Shown here one piece after another: positions 29,197-39,044 of a DNA stretch of 64,000 bases. Positions within the stretch are counted from its first letter, which is position 1, and the number at the start of each line of letters is the position of its first letter. The notes below the pieces were generated by a model. The model saw only the letters and a program-made list of their open reading frames with translations, was not told where the DNA came from and did not search any database. Both the position numbers and the translations under genes were made by a program. This stretch comes from Polyangiaceae bacterium (GTDB lineage Bacteria; Myxococcota_A; Polyangia; Polyangiales; Polyangiaceae): the NCBI GenBank assembly GCA_050287085.1, contig JBNKBE010000016.1:1-64000 (forward strand), in the 5' to 3' direction.

Positions 29197-30216
29197 TCAG
29201 GGGGCGAAGCAATACAGGGAGCCGCGGCCACCCCCTTGAGTCACGGTGCCTTGCGCGTAGTTGGCGTCGCTGGGAGCGCAGCCTACAGTGTGAGTCGTCG
29301 AGAACGAGGGTGGAAGGCCCCCCCCGTCGCGGTTGGAGTGCCCGACTTGGGCGACATCGCTTGAGGAACTCGAAGTCCAATCCTGGCATGTCGCATCCAC
29401 CGCGAGGGTCCCATCCTCCTGGGAGCCAGTCAGAATGTCATGGACCGAGTTGGCCAGCGTGTCGCCATTTTCGTCCAGCGCCACGTTCAGATCCGTGGGC
29501 GGCCACGTTTCGTCGAGCGCCCCTCCGGCCGCCTGATCGTGCAGCTGCGTCGGGTCCCGCGCGATCACCACGCCGGCGTGATTGCGCCATGGGCCAGTCC
29601 CAATGCGATCGCGCGCGTCGGCGCTTTGGGTGCTGAGGTAGGCACGCCACATCTTGGTACTGCCGACCGCTTCCGCCAGCTCTTGGCAGAAGGCATCCGC
29701 CCCGTCGAGCCCGCCTAGGTCACCTCCGCTTGGCGCGCCACGGCTCGTCACGAAGAAGCTCATCGCTCCATCGTCATTGGCGCCGCCAGCAGCTCCGTCG
29801 CTGCCGGCAGCTCCCCCCGCAGCACCCGCGGTGCCGCCGTCGCCCGCGGTGCCCGCGGTGCCCGCGGTACCCGCGCCGCCGTCCCCACCCGCGGTGCCCG
29901 CGCCGCCCGCGCCGCCCGCGGTGCCGTCCCCGCCCGCGCCCGCCGACGTTCCGCTCCCGTCTTGTTGATCGCCGGCGGAGCCGCCGCTCGCGGCCGCGGC
30001 GCCCGCGCCGCCCATTGTTGTGCCCGCACTTCCGCCCTGGGAGCTGTCTGGGCCACTGCTTTCGCCGGCGGTGTTTTCGGTGCCTCCATTCGGGCTGCCC
30101 GAGCCGCCGGCGTTGGCCTGCGGTGTTGGGGTGGCCTTGTCTCCCCCGCAGGCACCCAGCAGTATTCCGACGAGGGCCAGCCGCCTGCTATCGGCAAGTA
30201 TTCTAGAGGTTCCCAT
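29197..30216 (-). CDS. Lipoprotein with Gly-rich linker and C-type-lectin/endostatin-like (DUF1554-like) domain
   Basis: Lipobox LGAC; SFFVTS..GDLGGLDGADAFCQ.LA..WRAYLS..ARDRIG.GPW; terminal LYCFA. Confidence 0.75.
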   Translation of the reverse strand: MGTSRILADSRRLALVGILLGACGGDKATPTPQANAGGSGSPNGGTENTAGESSGPDSSQGGSAGTTMGGAGAAAASGGSAGDQQDGSGTSAGAGGDGTAGGAGGAGTAGGDGGAGTAGTAGTAGDGGTAGAAGGAAGSDGAAGGANDDGAMSFFVTSRGAPSGGDLGGLDGADAFCQELAEAVGSTKMWRAYLSTQSADARDRIGTGPWRNHAGVVIARDPTQLHDQAAGGALDETWPPTDLNVALDENGDTLANSVHDILTGSQEDGTLAVDATCQDWTSSSSSDVAQVGHSNRDGGGLPPSFSTTHTVGCAPSDANYAQGTVTQGGGRGSLYCFAP

Positions 30217-30455
30217 GGCGCATAGCGTACATGTTCCTGCGTGTTGTGTGCAGCCTTGATGCTCATGAGAGCGCCTGCGCCTTTCCTAGGGCCCGCGGAG
30301 GGGCAAGTCCTACTTGCGCCGGCCGAGCCTCTTGCTGTGGCGCGCGGGGCTAGTCGCTGTGCTCCTTGAGCTACTCCAGTAGCCCCGCGGGGTGGGGGGA
30401 GGGCCCTAGGCTTCCGCTCCAGGGGCTGTCGACCAGCGTGACGGCGTAGGCCGAT

Positions 30456-31340
30456 TCAGAGCAATCCCCACACCCGTAGGGCTTGCTCGAAGGTATCGAG
30501 GTGCAGCTGCACTACTCGGGGGATAGAGCCGTCCGCTTCGACCTGATAACCTCCTGCAAGATTCCAGGCGATCGGGATATCAAGGGCACGTGCGATCGAT
30601 ATCATCCGGGCGTCGCGTTTCTTCATTTGAGAGCTTGTCAGGACGCCGCCCAGCGGATCGTCGACGTGAACGTCAGCCCCCGCTTGATACAAGATGAGCT
30701 GCGGCTGGTACTGCGCGAGTGTTGCTTCGAGCGCCGACACGGCCTGTAGGTAGCTTTCGGCTTGCTCCGGCTTGCGGAACTTCGCGCCGAAGCTTACGTG
30801 CAGAACCCGATCGGCGAGCTTCAGCTCGTCGATGATGGCTTGTGTCCCGTCGCCGTAGTGGTAATCGCAGTCGATGATGGCGACCCGGTCGAGCCGACCT
30901 TCGTCCAGGAGCTGGACGGCGCTCGACATCAAGCCGTTGAAGGTGCAGAACCCGCGACTGACGCGAGGACCGGCGTGATGGAAGCCGGATGTCAACGACG
31001 CGCTGATTCCGTCCTGCAAAGCGAGCAGGGCGGAGCGGTAGCAGGCGCCACAAGTGTACACCAGCGAGCGCGACACCGATTCGGAGGCTGAGCCGAAGCC
31101 ATTGCGGCGTCTTAGGTGGAGCACATCGTCGACGAAGTCTTGGTCGTGAATGCGATACAGTGCGGCTATGGGCGCTGGCGTTGGACGCACCAATTCGATG
31201 GGCCAACGCGTTGCGAGCAGCGCTTCAGCGACCGCCTTGGGTTTTCGATCCCCCGGGGAGCGCTGATCGCCGGCGTCGGAGACCATGTCTTCGGAGTAGA
31301 CGACCCTGAGCTTTGAGAGGCTGGGGTGGAGGGGCTTCAT
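30456..31340 (-). CDS. Histone deacetylase / AcuC-like amidohydrolase
   Basis: GFHHA, GFCTFN, IIDCDYHYGDGT, YQAGAD.H..DPLG, AGGY. Confidence 0.92.
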   Translation of the reverse strand: MKPLHPSLSKLRVVYSEDMVSDAGDQRSPGDRKPKAVAEALLATRWPIELVRPTPAPIAALYRIHDQDFVDDVLHLRRRNGFGSASESVSRSLVYTCGACYRSALLALQDGISASLTSGFHHAGPRVSRGFCTFNGLMSSAVQLLDEGRLDRVAIIDCDYHYGDGTQAIIDELKLADRVLHVSFGAKFRKPEQAESYLQAVSALEATLAQYQPQLILYQAGADVHVDDPLGGVLTSSQMKKRDARMISIARALDIPIAWNLAGGYQVEADGSIPRVVQLHLDTFEQALRVWGLL

Positions 31341-31346
31341 GAACTC

Positions 31347-32225
31347 CTACAACTGCGCCGCGCAGAGCTGACTCAGTTGATCGAGGGTGGCGCGTCCGGG
31401 GCTGAAGAAGCCGGCTTCGACTTGCTGATCGAACTGACTCGTGAAGGCTCGTCTCCTGTGTTCGGGCGCTATGGCGAGCGTCGTCAGACGCAGGAAGCGG
31501 AAGCCCGTGCACTGTGCGATGGGAATCACATTGCCGGCCAGCTCACGGTTCTGCCGCGTCGCCGCGTCGTCTTGGTAGCAGGCTGCGAACAGACTTCCGG
31601 GTGGCAAGAGAACGCCATTGAGATATGTCGTGCCAAGGCTGATACACGAGTGGCTGTCACCGAGGCTTTCCTTCTCCAGCAATAGAGCCTGCCCATGCGC
31701 ATCAATGAGGACATTGATGCGGCCGCCGCGCCGCAAACGTCCGGTTGCGAGCTCCAAGAAGTACTTTTCTGCGAGTGAGCAGGTTCCGACTTCGAGCTTC
31801 TCCCGATAGAAAGGCAAGAACGTCGCTTGCCGCTCAGCTTCCGCCATCGGCCTTGGCGTTACGATGTCGGCCATCAGTGCTGCCAGCAACTGGCTTTCCT
31901 CTCGGCACAGCCGAGCCGGAAGGCTCGCAAGCACCTGCGCGAGAGCTGGCTGACGTCCCGCCTTGCTGACGCCAGGAAAGAGCAACTCTGCGGCATCGTA
32001 GCGTTCTTCCGGGGTGCGGTTGATGTGGACCGCCAGGTGTCGACAGGCCTGTGCGTAGCCGCAACCCCTCCTCTCAGTGCGGTGAGAGAAGTGTTCGCCG
32101 AGCATCTCCAGCAGCTTCTGGTTCAGCGATAGTCCGTCGTCGGCGAACGCACGGACCAGCTCATGGACCTCTTCTTCATGGGCGGGTGTTTCCGGTATGG
32201 CCATCTGGAAGGCGGGAGCGGACAT
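31347..32225 (-). CDS. Hypothetical protein, co-oriented with the HDAC-like gene
   Basis: 292-aa globular-looking ORF; its stop is 6 bp upstream of the HDAC ATG. Confidence 0.75.
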   Translation of the reverse strand: MSAPAFQMAIPETPAHEEEVHELVRAFADDGLSLNQKLLEMLGEHFSHRTERRGCGYAQACRHLAVHINRTPEERYDAAELLFPGVSKAGRQPALAQVLASLPARLCREESQLLAALMADIVTPRPMAEAERQATFLPFYREKLEVGTCSLAEKYFLELATGRLRRGGRINVLIDAHGQALLLEKESLGDSHSCISLGTTYLNGVLLPPGSLFAACYQDDAATRQNRELAGNVIPIAQCTGFRFLRLTTLAIAPEHRRRAFTSQFDQQVEAGFFSPGRATLDQLSQLCAAQL

Positions 32226-32414
32226 GGTCTTGGTTGGTCTGAGGACGATGAAGCCGGGGAAAGAAGTGATTCTTCCACAAACGACAGGCGCTGACCAAAG
32301 GTTGCATGTTCACTTTCTCCTTCTCGCTGTCGTGTGCCGAGGTGTGTTCCTTGCGCATCGTGTGTTCTTTCCGGCTTTGCTCAATGGGGCGCCGTCTGAG
32401 TCGTTGTTGTGAGC

Positions 32415-33386
32415 ATGACCATTTGTCGCCGGGCATTCACCCGGGCCGGATTGCTGTTGGCGCTGGTCGGCTGCGAGGAGAGGCCCGAGCGCGTCAGCCG
32501 TTTGGATGCGCTGCGTGAAACATATGTGCCCATAGCAGACCGCCTCGTGAAGGACGTCGACCTGGTTGACCACGACGGGCGGCGCTTCACGGATGCGAAC
32601 CTCGAAGGGCGCTACAGCCTTGTATTCGTCGGGTATACGTCGTGTCCCGATGTATGTCCGCGGACGCTCGGCGTTGTGGCCCAGGCGCTGAAACAAGACG
32701 CATTGCCGCCGGAACTCCAGGTGCTTTTCGTGTCGGTGGATCCCGAGCGCGATCAGCAGGGGCGGCTCGCTGCCTACGTGGGCCACTACGACAAAGGTCT
32801 CGTGGGCTTGACCGGGGCGGAGGCCAACATTGGAGCATTCGTGGAAGCCTTGGGCGCGGCGTACGAGCGGCGCGATGACGGGTCAGGCTTCGTTACATTC
32901 GACCACTCCACGTCGCTCTTCGTGATCGGGCCAGACCTTCGGGTGATAGCCGCCATCGTGCACCCCTCCGGCGCTGAGATGGTTGCCCAGGGGGTACTGC
33001 GCGCCACCCAAGGGTCACAAATCGGGCTCAGCGTGGAAGGGGCGTGGCTGCTTAGGGGGCCTCCGGTGGCCTCGGTTCTGGCGGGCTTTCTCACCGTGCA
33101 CAACCCGGGCGCGGCGGAGGTGACCATTCATGGGGCGGAGAGCCGCTGGTTTGACCGGGTGGCTTTTCACGAGACGGAGACGGATGCGCAAGGGCGAGCC
33201 CACATGCGCGCCCTTTCTAACTTGGTTGTGCCCGCGCACGGTGAGGCGTTGCTGCGACCTGGGGGCAAGCACCTCATGTTGATCGGACCACGCCCGGAGG
33301 TCTTCGAGCTGGAGCGGGTGCCCATTGCCCTGCTGCTAGGCGACGGAAGTAGGGTTAATGTGGCTCTCGACGTGCGAGACCATTGA
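32415..33386 (+). CDS. SCO1/SenC - PCu(A)C copper chaperone fusion (lipoprotein)
   Basis: RR + LVGC signal; GYTSCPDVCP, VSVDPERD, DHS (SCO); FHET...HM...LRPGGKHLML (PCuAC). Confidence 0.9.
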   Translation: MTICRRAFTRAGLLLALVGCEERPERVSRLDALRETYVPIADRLVKDVDLVDHDGRRFTDANLEGRYSLVFVGYTSCPDVCPRTLGVVAQALKQDALPPELQVLFVSVDPERDQQGRLAAYVGHYDKGLVGLTGAEANIGAFVEALGAAYERRDDGSGFVTFDHSTSLFVIGPDLRVIAAIVHPSGAEMVAQGVLRATQGSQIGLSVEGAWLLRGPPVASVLAGFLTVHNPGAAEVTIHGAESRWFDRVAFHETETDAQGRAHMRALSNLVVPAHGEALLRPGGKHLMLIGPRPEVFELERVPIALLLGDGSRVNVALDVRDH

Positions 33387-34012
33387 GCGTGGACCATCGG
33401 GGCACGACCGCCCGTCGGGCAAGGACCCGTTGGCAGCAAGTCATCCATCGCGTCCTGCTGGCGTTGTGGCTTGTCGCAGCGCTCGTCGCGGTGGCGATGT
33501 TGATGGCCAACCATCTCGTTGCTATGCCCGTTCCAGAGGACGAGCGGCGGCTACGCGACGCCACGCGCGAGTTGCTCGGAGACGATTCTGGGCTTCGCGT
33601 TCTGCACGTCATTGCTCAGGACTGTTCCTGCACGCGCGGCCTTCTGGATGCCCTGATCGCACGGCGAGCGAGTCCGGAGCAGCGTGAGCTCGTGCTCTTC
33701 ATTGGACGTGACGTGGTCCTGGCAAGCTCGCTCGAAAGCGCGGGCTACGTCTACCGTGAAGCAACCCGGGAGCAGCTCTCTGAGCAACTGGGCATTGAAG
33801 CGGCTCCGCTGCTGGTGATTCTTGCGGATGACGACCTGGCCTACGTTGGGGGGTACTACCGGGAAGCGGCAACCGTCCGTGCGCGAGATGCTGAGTTGTT
33901 GGAGCGCGTTCGCCGGGGTGAACGACCCGATCCGCTGCCGCTCTATGGCTGTGCGGTGAGCGACTACCTCCGGGAAGCGATCGACCCCTTGGGCATTAGC
34001 AAGCTTCGCTAG
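33383..34012 (+). CDS. Membrane-anchored thioredoxin-like CxC protein
   Basis: TM helix, HVIAQDCSCT, AAPLLVI...YVGGY, LYGCAVS. Start overlaps the upstream stop. Confidence 0.65.
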   Translation: MSVDHRGTTARRARTRWQQVIHRVLLALWLVAALVAVAMLMANHLVAMPVPEDERRLRDATRELLGDDSGLRVLHVIAQDCSCTRGLLDALIARRASPEQRELVLFIGRDVVLASSLESAGYVYREATREQLSEQLGIEAAPLLVILADDDLAYVGGYYREAATVRARDAELLERVRRGERPDPLPLYGCAVSDYLREAIDPLGISKLR

Positions 34013-34087
34013 AGTCGCGGCACTTCGCGTCTTTGTTTCAGTCGTCGAGCGACGAACCGTACAGGGGGAGGTGCAGACGGAGCAAAG

Positions 34088-36073
34088 ATGAGCAAGATTC
34101 TAGCCACCCTGATTCTTCCGCGGGAGATAACCGACTTCGAGCGCGCCTACGTGCAGCGCGTAAACAGAGTAGGGCTGCTCTTCTTTGCCCTACACCTGCC
34201 CGTGTTCGTCATCATAGCCTACCTCAACGATACTGGGCCGATGTCAGCCGTTGTTCTGACGAGCTTGGTACTCGCCGGGCCTGCTTTGGCTTTTCGGACT
34301 CAGGACAATCCGCGGACGGTAGGGCTCATCTATGGCGTTACGGCCATGTTGATGGGCGGACTGTTAGTCCATTTCGGGCAGGGTCCTGTGCAGATCGAGA
34401 TGCACTTCTACTTCTTTGCCCTCCTCGCTATGCTTGCGGTGTACGGCAATCCCATGGTCATTGTGACTGCGGCGGTCACGGTGGCGCTGCATCACCTCAT
34501 CGTGTGGATGGTGCTTCCGAGCAGCGTGTTCAACTACGACGCGCCGCTTTGGGTGGTGCTCGTGCATGCCGCATTCGTCGTGCTTGAGTCGATAGCCACG
34601 TGCACCATAGCGCGTAGCTTCTTTGACAATGTCATCGGGCTTGAGAAGGTGGTTCAGGCACGTACCGAGGCGTTGGACGCACGCAATCGAGCCATGCGAC
34701 TCGTACTGGACAACGTCAGCCAAGGATTCCTGACGATCAATGCCGAGGGGGTCATCGCCAACGAATACGCTCGGGTTATTGAGACCTGGTTTGGCGTCGT
34801 CCCTGAGGGGGCACGACTGGGCGACTACTTGGAGCCTCACGACTCTGGCTTGGCCGATTCCTTTCGGCTCGGCTGGGACGAAGTTGTGGCCGACATCATG
34901 CCGCTCGAGCTTACGATTGCTCAGCTACCGCGAGCGGCGTCGATTGAGGGACGCGAATTTCGCTTTGACTACACACCACTGATCAAGGACGACAGACTCG
35001 AGGGCGCCTTGGTGGTGGTCAGTGATCAGAGCGCAGCTTTGGCTCAACTTCGGCTCGAGGCCGAGCAGAGAGAGGTGTTCCGCATCTTCGAGCGCGTGTT
35101 GCGCGACAAGGCTGGCTTCCTGGAGTACTTCGAAGAAGCCAACGAGCTTGTTGAGCTCATCGTCAGTGATCGCGTGACCGAGACCGAGGAACTCAAGCGC
35201 GTGCTGCATACCCTCAAGGGCAACTCGATGATCTTTGGGATCGATACCGTAGCGGAGCTTTGCCACGACATGGAGACCGCTATTGCGGAAGAACAGCGGC
35301 GTCCGACGCGGGACGCGCGAACCTTGTTGGAGCAGCGGTGGGAGGCTCTGCGTGCCAATCTGGACGCGCTGATCGGAACCGATCGCGGCAAGCTCGAAAT
35401 CGAGGACTCGGACTACGCGAGCACGCTTCACGCGGTGCTTTCTCACAAGCCCTACGAGGACATCGCGGAGCTGGTCGGGGCCTGGCGTTTGGAGCCGACG
35501 GAGCGTAGACTGCAACGTATCGCTGACCAAGCCAAGGGCCTGGCACGACGCATGAACAAGGAGATCGAGGTCTCCATTTCAGCGGGGGAAGGCCTGCGAC
35601 TCGAGCCGCAGCGCTGGGCGCCGTTTTGGAGCGCCTTTATCCATGTGTTGCGCAACGCCGTGGACCACGGAATCGAGTCCGAGGAAGAGCGCAACAATGC
35701 GGGGAAGACCCCTATAGGCAAGTTGACGGTTTCGACCGCAACAACGGCAAACGAGTTTGTCATCACTGTCGTCGACGACGGACGCGGGATCGATTGGGAG
35801 GCTGTGAGGACCAAGGCTAGGGCGGCGGGCTTGAGCGTCTCAACGCAGCGGGAACTCACTGACGCCTTGTTCCAGGATGGCGTGTCTACGCGCGACGTCG
35901 TGAGCGCATTCTCGGGTCGCGGCGTTGGCATGGGCGCGGTAAGGGTTGCGACGGAAATGCGAAGCGGCCGCATCGACGTGAAGTCGGTTGCCGGCCAAGG
36001 GACGTCTATTGGCTTTCGCTTTCCCCTCGCTGAGATGGCAGCTGACCCTGCCGACCAGTTTCGCGCAGCTTGA
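34088..36073 (+). CDS. Membrane sensor - Hpt - HATPase CheA-like kinase lacking a CheW domain
   Basis: ~6 TM with IEMHF/ALHH/LVHA; PAS-like LDNVSQGFL; Hpt LHTLKGNS; HVLRNAVDHGIE, DDGRG, SGRGVGM; ends after the G2 box. Confidence 0.88.
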   Translation: MSKILATLILPREITDFERAYVQRVNRVGLLFFALHLPVFVIIAYLNDTGPMSAVVLTSLVLAGPALAFRTQDNPRTVGLIYGVTAMLMGGLLVHFGQGPVQIEMHFYFFALLAMLAVYGNPMVIVTAAVTVALHHLIVWMVLPSSVFNYDAPLWVVLVHAAFVVLESIATCTIARSFFDNVIGLEKVVQARTEALDARNRAMRLVLDNVSQGFLTINAEGVIANEYARVIETWFGVVPEGARLGDYLEPHDSGLADSFRLGWDEVVADIMPLELTIAQLPRAASIEGREFRFDYTPLIKDDRLEGALVVVSDQSAALAQLRLEAEQREVFRIFERVLRDKAGFLEYFEEANELVELIVSDRVTETEELKRVLHTLKGNSMIFGIDTVAELCHDMETAIAEEQRRPTRDARTLLEQRWEALRANLDALIGTDRGKLEIEDSDYASTLHAVLSHKPYEDIAELVGAWRLEPTERRLQRIADQAKGLARRMNKEIEVSISAGEGLRLEPQRWAPFWSAFIHVLRNAVDHGIESEEERNNAGKTPIGKLTVSTATTANEFVITVVDDGRGIDWEAVRTKARAAGLSVSTQRELTDALFQDGVSTRDVVSAFSGRGVGMGAVRVATEMRSGRIDVKSVAGQGTSIGFRFPLAEMAADPADQFRAA

Positions 36074-36187
36074 GGCCGTTGCAACTGGCAACCAGGTGTG
36101 TGCCCTGGGTCGTATCGCCCTGCAGATGCAGTCGTCGTCGGAGTCGTTCCGGTCGGAGGTCGCCGCAGATGAGCAGCGTGGGTAGGG

Positions 36188-36243
36188 CGAGGACTTGGCA
36201 AAGCCCAGCGGGGGAGTTCCGGACCGGCTATCCATCAAGGTTG
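36188..36243 (+). repeat. 56-bp dispersed repeat, copy 1 (inverted relative to 44885-44940)
   Basis: 51/56 identical to the reverse complement of 44885-44940 by manual alignment. Confidence 0.85.
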
Positions 36244-36409
36244 CGGACAACGCCACGTCTTGGCTGAACGCAACGGTCGGGCTTTCAGCGGTAGCAGAGA
36301 GCTCGACCGTTGCGTCTTGCCTCAAGGTGCGTTCGCAAAGGGTGCAATTATCGCGCTCCAGGTGTTGGACCTTCTACAGGCGACCCGTTGTCGACCGTAT
36401 CTGAAGTTG

Positions 36410-38530
36410 ATGTGGGGTGTGTCAGCAGCGGCAGCGTTCAAGCGCAATTTTCTCGATCGCGGCGTCGAGCTAGCGGACTCTGGGCGCAAGCAGCGACAGA
36501 TCCGAACCGCCAACGCCGCGGGTATGCTCCTCGCAGCCCTGTCTTTGCCACACGTTGTGCTGTTTGCGCTGACTGGTGGCGTCGAGCCGGCGATCATTCT
36601 GGGGGTGGCTTCCGGCTCATACCTCAGCCCGCTGGTCTTCAATTCACGGGGCTGGTTCTGGCTTGGGCGCGCCATTCCGCAGTTGGTGGCAAGTGTGGTT
36701 GCGACCGTTCTTGCCGGGGCGCTGGGCGGGACGACCAGCGCGGATGTGATCATGTTTGCGCTGTCGGGGTGGGCCTTCGCGCTTTTTGACGCCCGCCGCG
36801 AGCCTTTCAGTTTGTTGTTGCTCAGTCTGACTCCGATCGTGGGCTTTGTGATCGTTGGCAGCGGCGTCGATCTCGGGGTGCCTCGCTTCCCCATGGAGCC
36901 TCTGACTCACCGTGTGGTGGCTGTCACGGGTGGTCTTATTGCCTTCCTGCTCTTCGTTCTAGCCTTGTTGATTGTCACGCGACGCGAACAGCTGGCGGAA
37001 GACGAGCTGCTAGCCACTGTGGCTCAGCTGCGCGCTGAGGTGACCGGTCGACAAGCGGCTGAGTTGGCGGCCTTGTCTGCGCGCGACGAAGCGCTTGCTG
37101 CCGAGAGGGCAAAGACGGAGTTTCTCGCTGTCGTGAGCCATGAGCTTCGCACGCCGATGAATGGCATCATCGGAGGGACGGAGCTCATCGCCGATACTCA
37201 GCTGGACTCCGAACAAAGAGACCTCGTGGACGTCGTGCGCTCGTCTTCCGGCTTCCTGCAGATGCTTATCGAGGACATCCTGGCCTTCTCGAGCCTCGAG
37301 TCCAAGCACATCCAGCTGGCGCGTGCCCCCGTTGATGTTCGCGCCCTCATCGGGGAGAGTATGGACGGTTTGCGGGAGCGAGCGGCGGAGCAGGGGCTTT
37401 GGCTCAACGTGGACATCGAGCCAAGCGTACCGCATGTCATTGCAGCGGACGCCATCCGGCTCCGTCAGGTCGTCCAGAACTTGGTAGGCAACGCGATCAA
37501 GTTCACGCCGCGCGGCCGCGTCGAGGTTCGTGTTCGGCATGCGCCGGGAGAAGACGAGCAGAAGATTCGCTTGATCATGGACGTTGTCGACACCGGCATT
37601 GGGGTTCCGGTCGAGCTCAGAAGGACGATCTTCCAGCGCTTCAGGCAGGCGGATTCGTCCCACACGCGCCGTTTTGGAGGTCTCGGCCTAGGCCTTGCTA
37701 TCACCAGCGGCCTAGTTGAGCTCATGGGTGGCGAGCTGACCGTCTCGGAAGGCGTCGAGGCCGGCGCTTGTTTCACGTTCCAGGCCCCCTTTGAGGTACT
37801 CGTGCGCGCCGTGCCGCAGCCCCGGAAGCCCATAGCCGCCGCTGTGGTCCTGACGGGCATAGCCCAAGAAGCCCTGGTGCATGCATTGCAGGGAGAGGGC
37901 GTTCGGATAGTTCCGAATCTCGTCGCTGCCGACATGATATTCGCGCCTTCTTTGGACGATATTCCAGAGCCGTTCCGCGGGCGTACCATCCTGACCTCTT
38001 CGGAAGCCAGCTGCAGAGATCCTCGCGTGCTTGCCTTGCCCATACGTTGGAGCCAGCTGCGCCGGCTGACGCAGGAATTCTGCCAACCTACGGCACCGCC
38101 TGCCGCGCAAGCGGCCGCGCAGGTCGTTTCGGTGCCCCCCGAGGTCCTGATCGTCGAAGACAACCCTGTAAACCAGCGTGTGCTTGTTCATCTCTTGCGC
38201 AAGCTTGGGGTCAGGGCCTCGGTCGCAGAAAACGGACGCGACGGTTTGGAGCGGGCAAAAAGTGGCAAGTACGCCCTGATCCTTATGGATGTGCAGATGC
38301 CCGAAATGGATGGACTAGAGGCGACGCGTCGCATTCGGGAGTTGGCGGACATTCCGCGTCCCACGATCGTGGGCGTCAGTGCCAACGCGTATCCAGAGGA
38401 TCTGGAACAAGCCAGAGAAGCGGGCATGGACGGCTACCTTGCCAAACCCATCAAGCTTGGGAAGCTAGAGCCCGTGATCGCTGCTGCGTCCACTTGTGAA
38501 GCGGTGGCGGCAGATGCGCTGCGCAAGTGA
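36410..38530 (+). CDS. Hybrid sensor histidine kinase / response regulator
   Basis: TM region; FLAVVSHELRTPMNGI; NLVGNAIKFT; DTGIG; GGLGLGL; C-terminal REC (VEDN, LMDVQMPEMDG, KP). Start uncertain. Confidence 0.93.
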   Translation: MWGVSAAAAFKRNFLDRGVELADSGRKQRQIRTANAAGMLLAALSLPHVVLFALTGGVEPAIILGVASGSYLSPLVFNSRGWFWLGRAIPQLVASVVATVLAGALGGTTSADVIMFALSGWAFALFDARREPFSLLLLSLTPIVGFVIVGSGVDLGVPRFPMEPLTHRVVAVTGGLIAFLLFVLALLIVTRREQLAEDELLATVAQLRAEVTGRQAAELAALSARDEALAAERAKTEFLAVVSHELRTPMNGIIGGTELIADTQLDSEQRDLVDVVRSSSGFLQMLIEDILAFSSLESKHIQLARAPVDVRALIGESMDGLRERAAEQGLWLNVDIEPSVPHVIAADAIRLRQVVQNLVGNAIKFTPRGRVEVRVRHAPGEDEQKIRLIMDVVDTGIGVPVELRRTIFQRFRQADSSHTRRFGGLGLGLAITSGLVELMGGELTVSEGVEAGACFTFQAPFEVLVRAVPQPRKPIAAAVVLTGIAQEALVHALQGEGVRIVPNLVAADMIFAPSLDDIPEPFRGRTILTSSEASCRDPRVLALPIRWSQLRRLTQEFCQPTAPPAAQAAAQVVSVPPEVLIVEDNPVNQRVLVHLLRKLGVRASVAENGRDGLERAKSGKYALILMDVQMPEMDGLEATRRIRELADIPRPTIVGVSANAYPEDLEQAREAGMDGYLAKPIKLGKLEPVIAAASTCEAVAADALRK

Positions 38531-38731
38531 TGGCTGGTTGCGAGTCAAAGTGCCGCACTGCGTTTGGAGTATCCCAAGCCGCCATGGTTGTGTGTCTATG
38601 TAGTTGCGTGTGGGGTGCTTGAAGTTTGTCGGGGTGTCTCGGGGGCCTGGCAGGTCGCTTTGCTCTGCTTGAGCGCCGCGAGGCGCGCCTTTGGCGTTGA
38701 ATGAGGCAGCGTGCATGGCTAGTAAGAGCCC

Positions 38732-39040
38732 ATGCTAGTGCACTCGGTATACTTCTGGTTCAAATCCGACGCGGATCCCGCGGTGGTGGCTCGCTTTGAG
38801 CAGGGCTTGGCGCGACTTGCGACCATTCCGGACATCGAGACCGCTCGCTACGGTAGGCCAGCGGCAACGCCCAAGCGGGACGCTATCGACGATAGCTATG
38901 CCTGGGCCCTGGTCGAGACGTTTGCGGACTTGGCGGCGCACGATCGCTATCAAGAGCATCAGATTCATCAGGAGTTCTTGCAAGAATTCGCGTCGAGCTG
39001 GGAGAAGGTCCAGGTGTACGACGTGCGAGTCAGTTCCTAA
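38732..39040 (+). CDS. Dabb family (stress-responsive A/B barrel) protein
   Basis: MLVHSVYFWFK...F..LAAHDRYQEHQIH..F.....V.VYD. Confidence 0.85.
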   Translation: MLVHSVYFWFKSDADPAVVARFEQGLARLATIPDIETARYGRPAATPKRDAIDDSYAWALVETFADLAAHDRYQEHQIHQEFLQEFASSWEKVQVYDVRVSS

Positions 39041-39044
39041 GGAG

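Noticed and set aside
36188..36243. c-di-GMP-I riboswitch (GCAAAGCC similarity)
   Set aside because: Lacks the GNRA-capped P2 stem and overall GEMM architecture; kept only as an unexplained repeat.
38796..39044. N-terminal extension of the 38796-39881 ORF
   Set aside because: Overlaps the Dabb gene; the RBS and signal peptide support a start at 39045.
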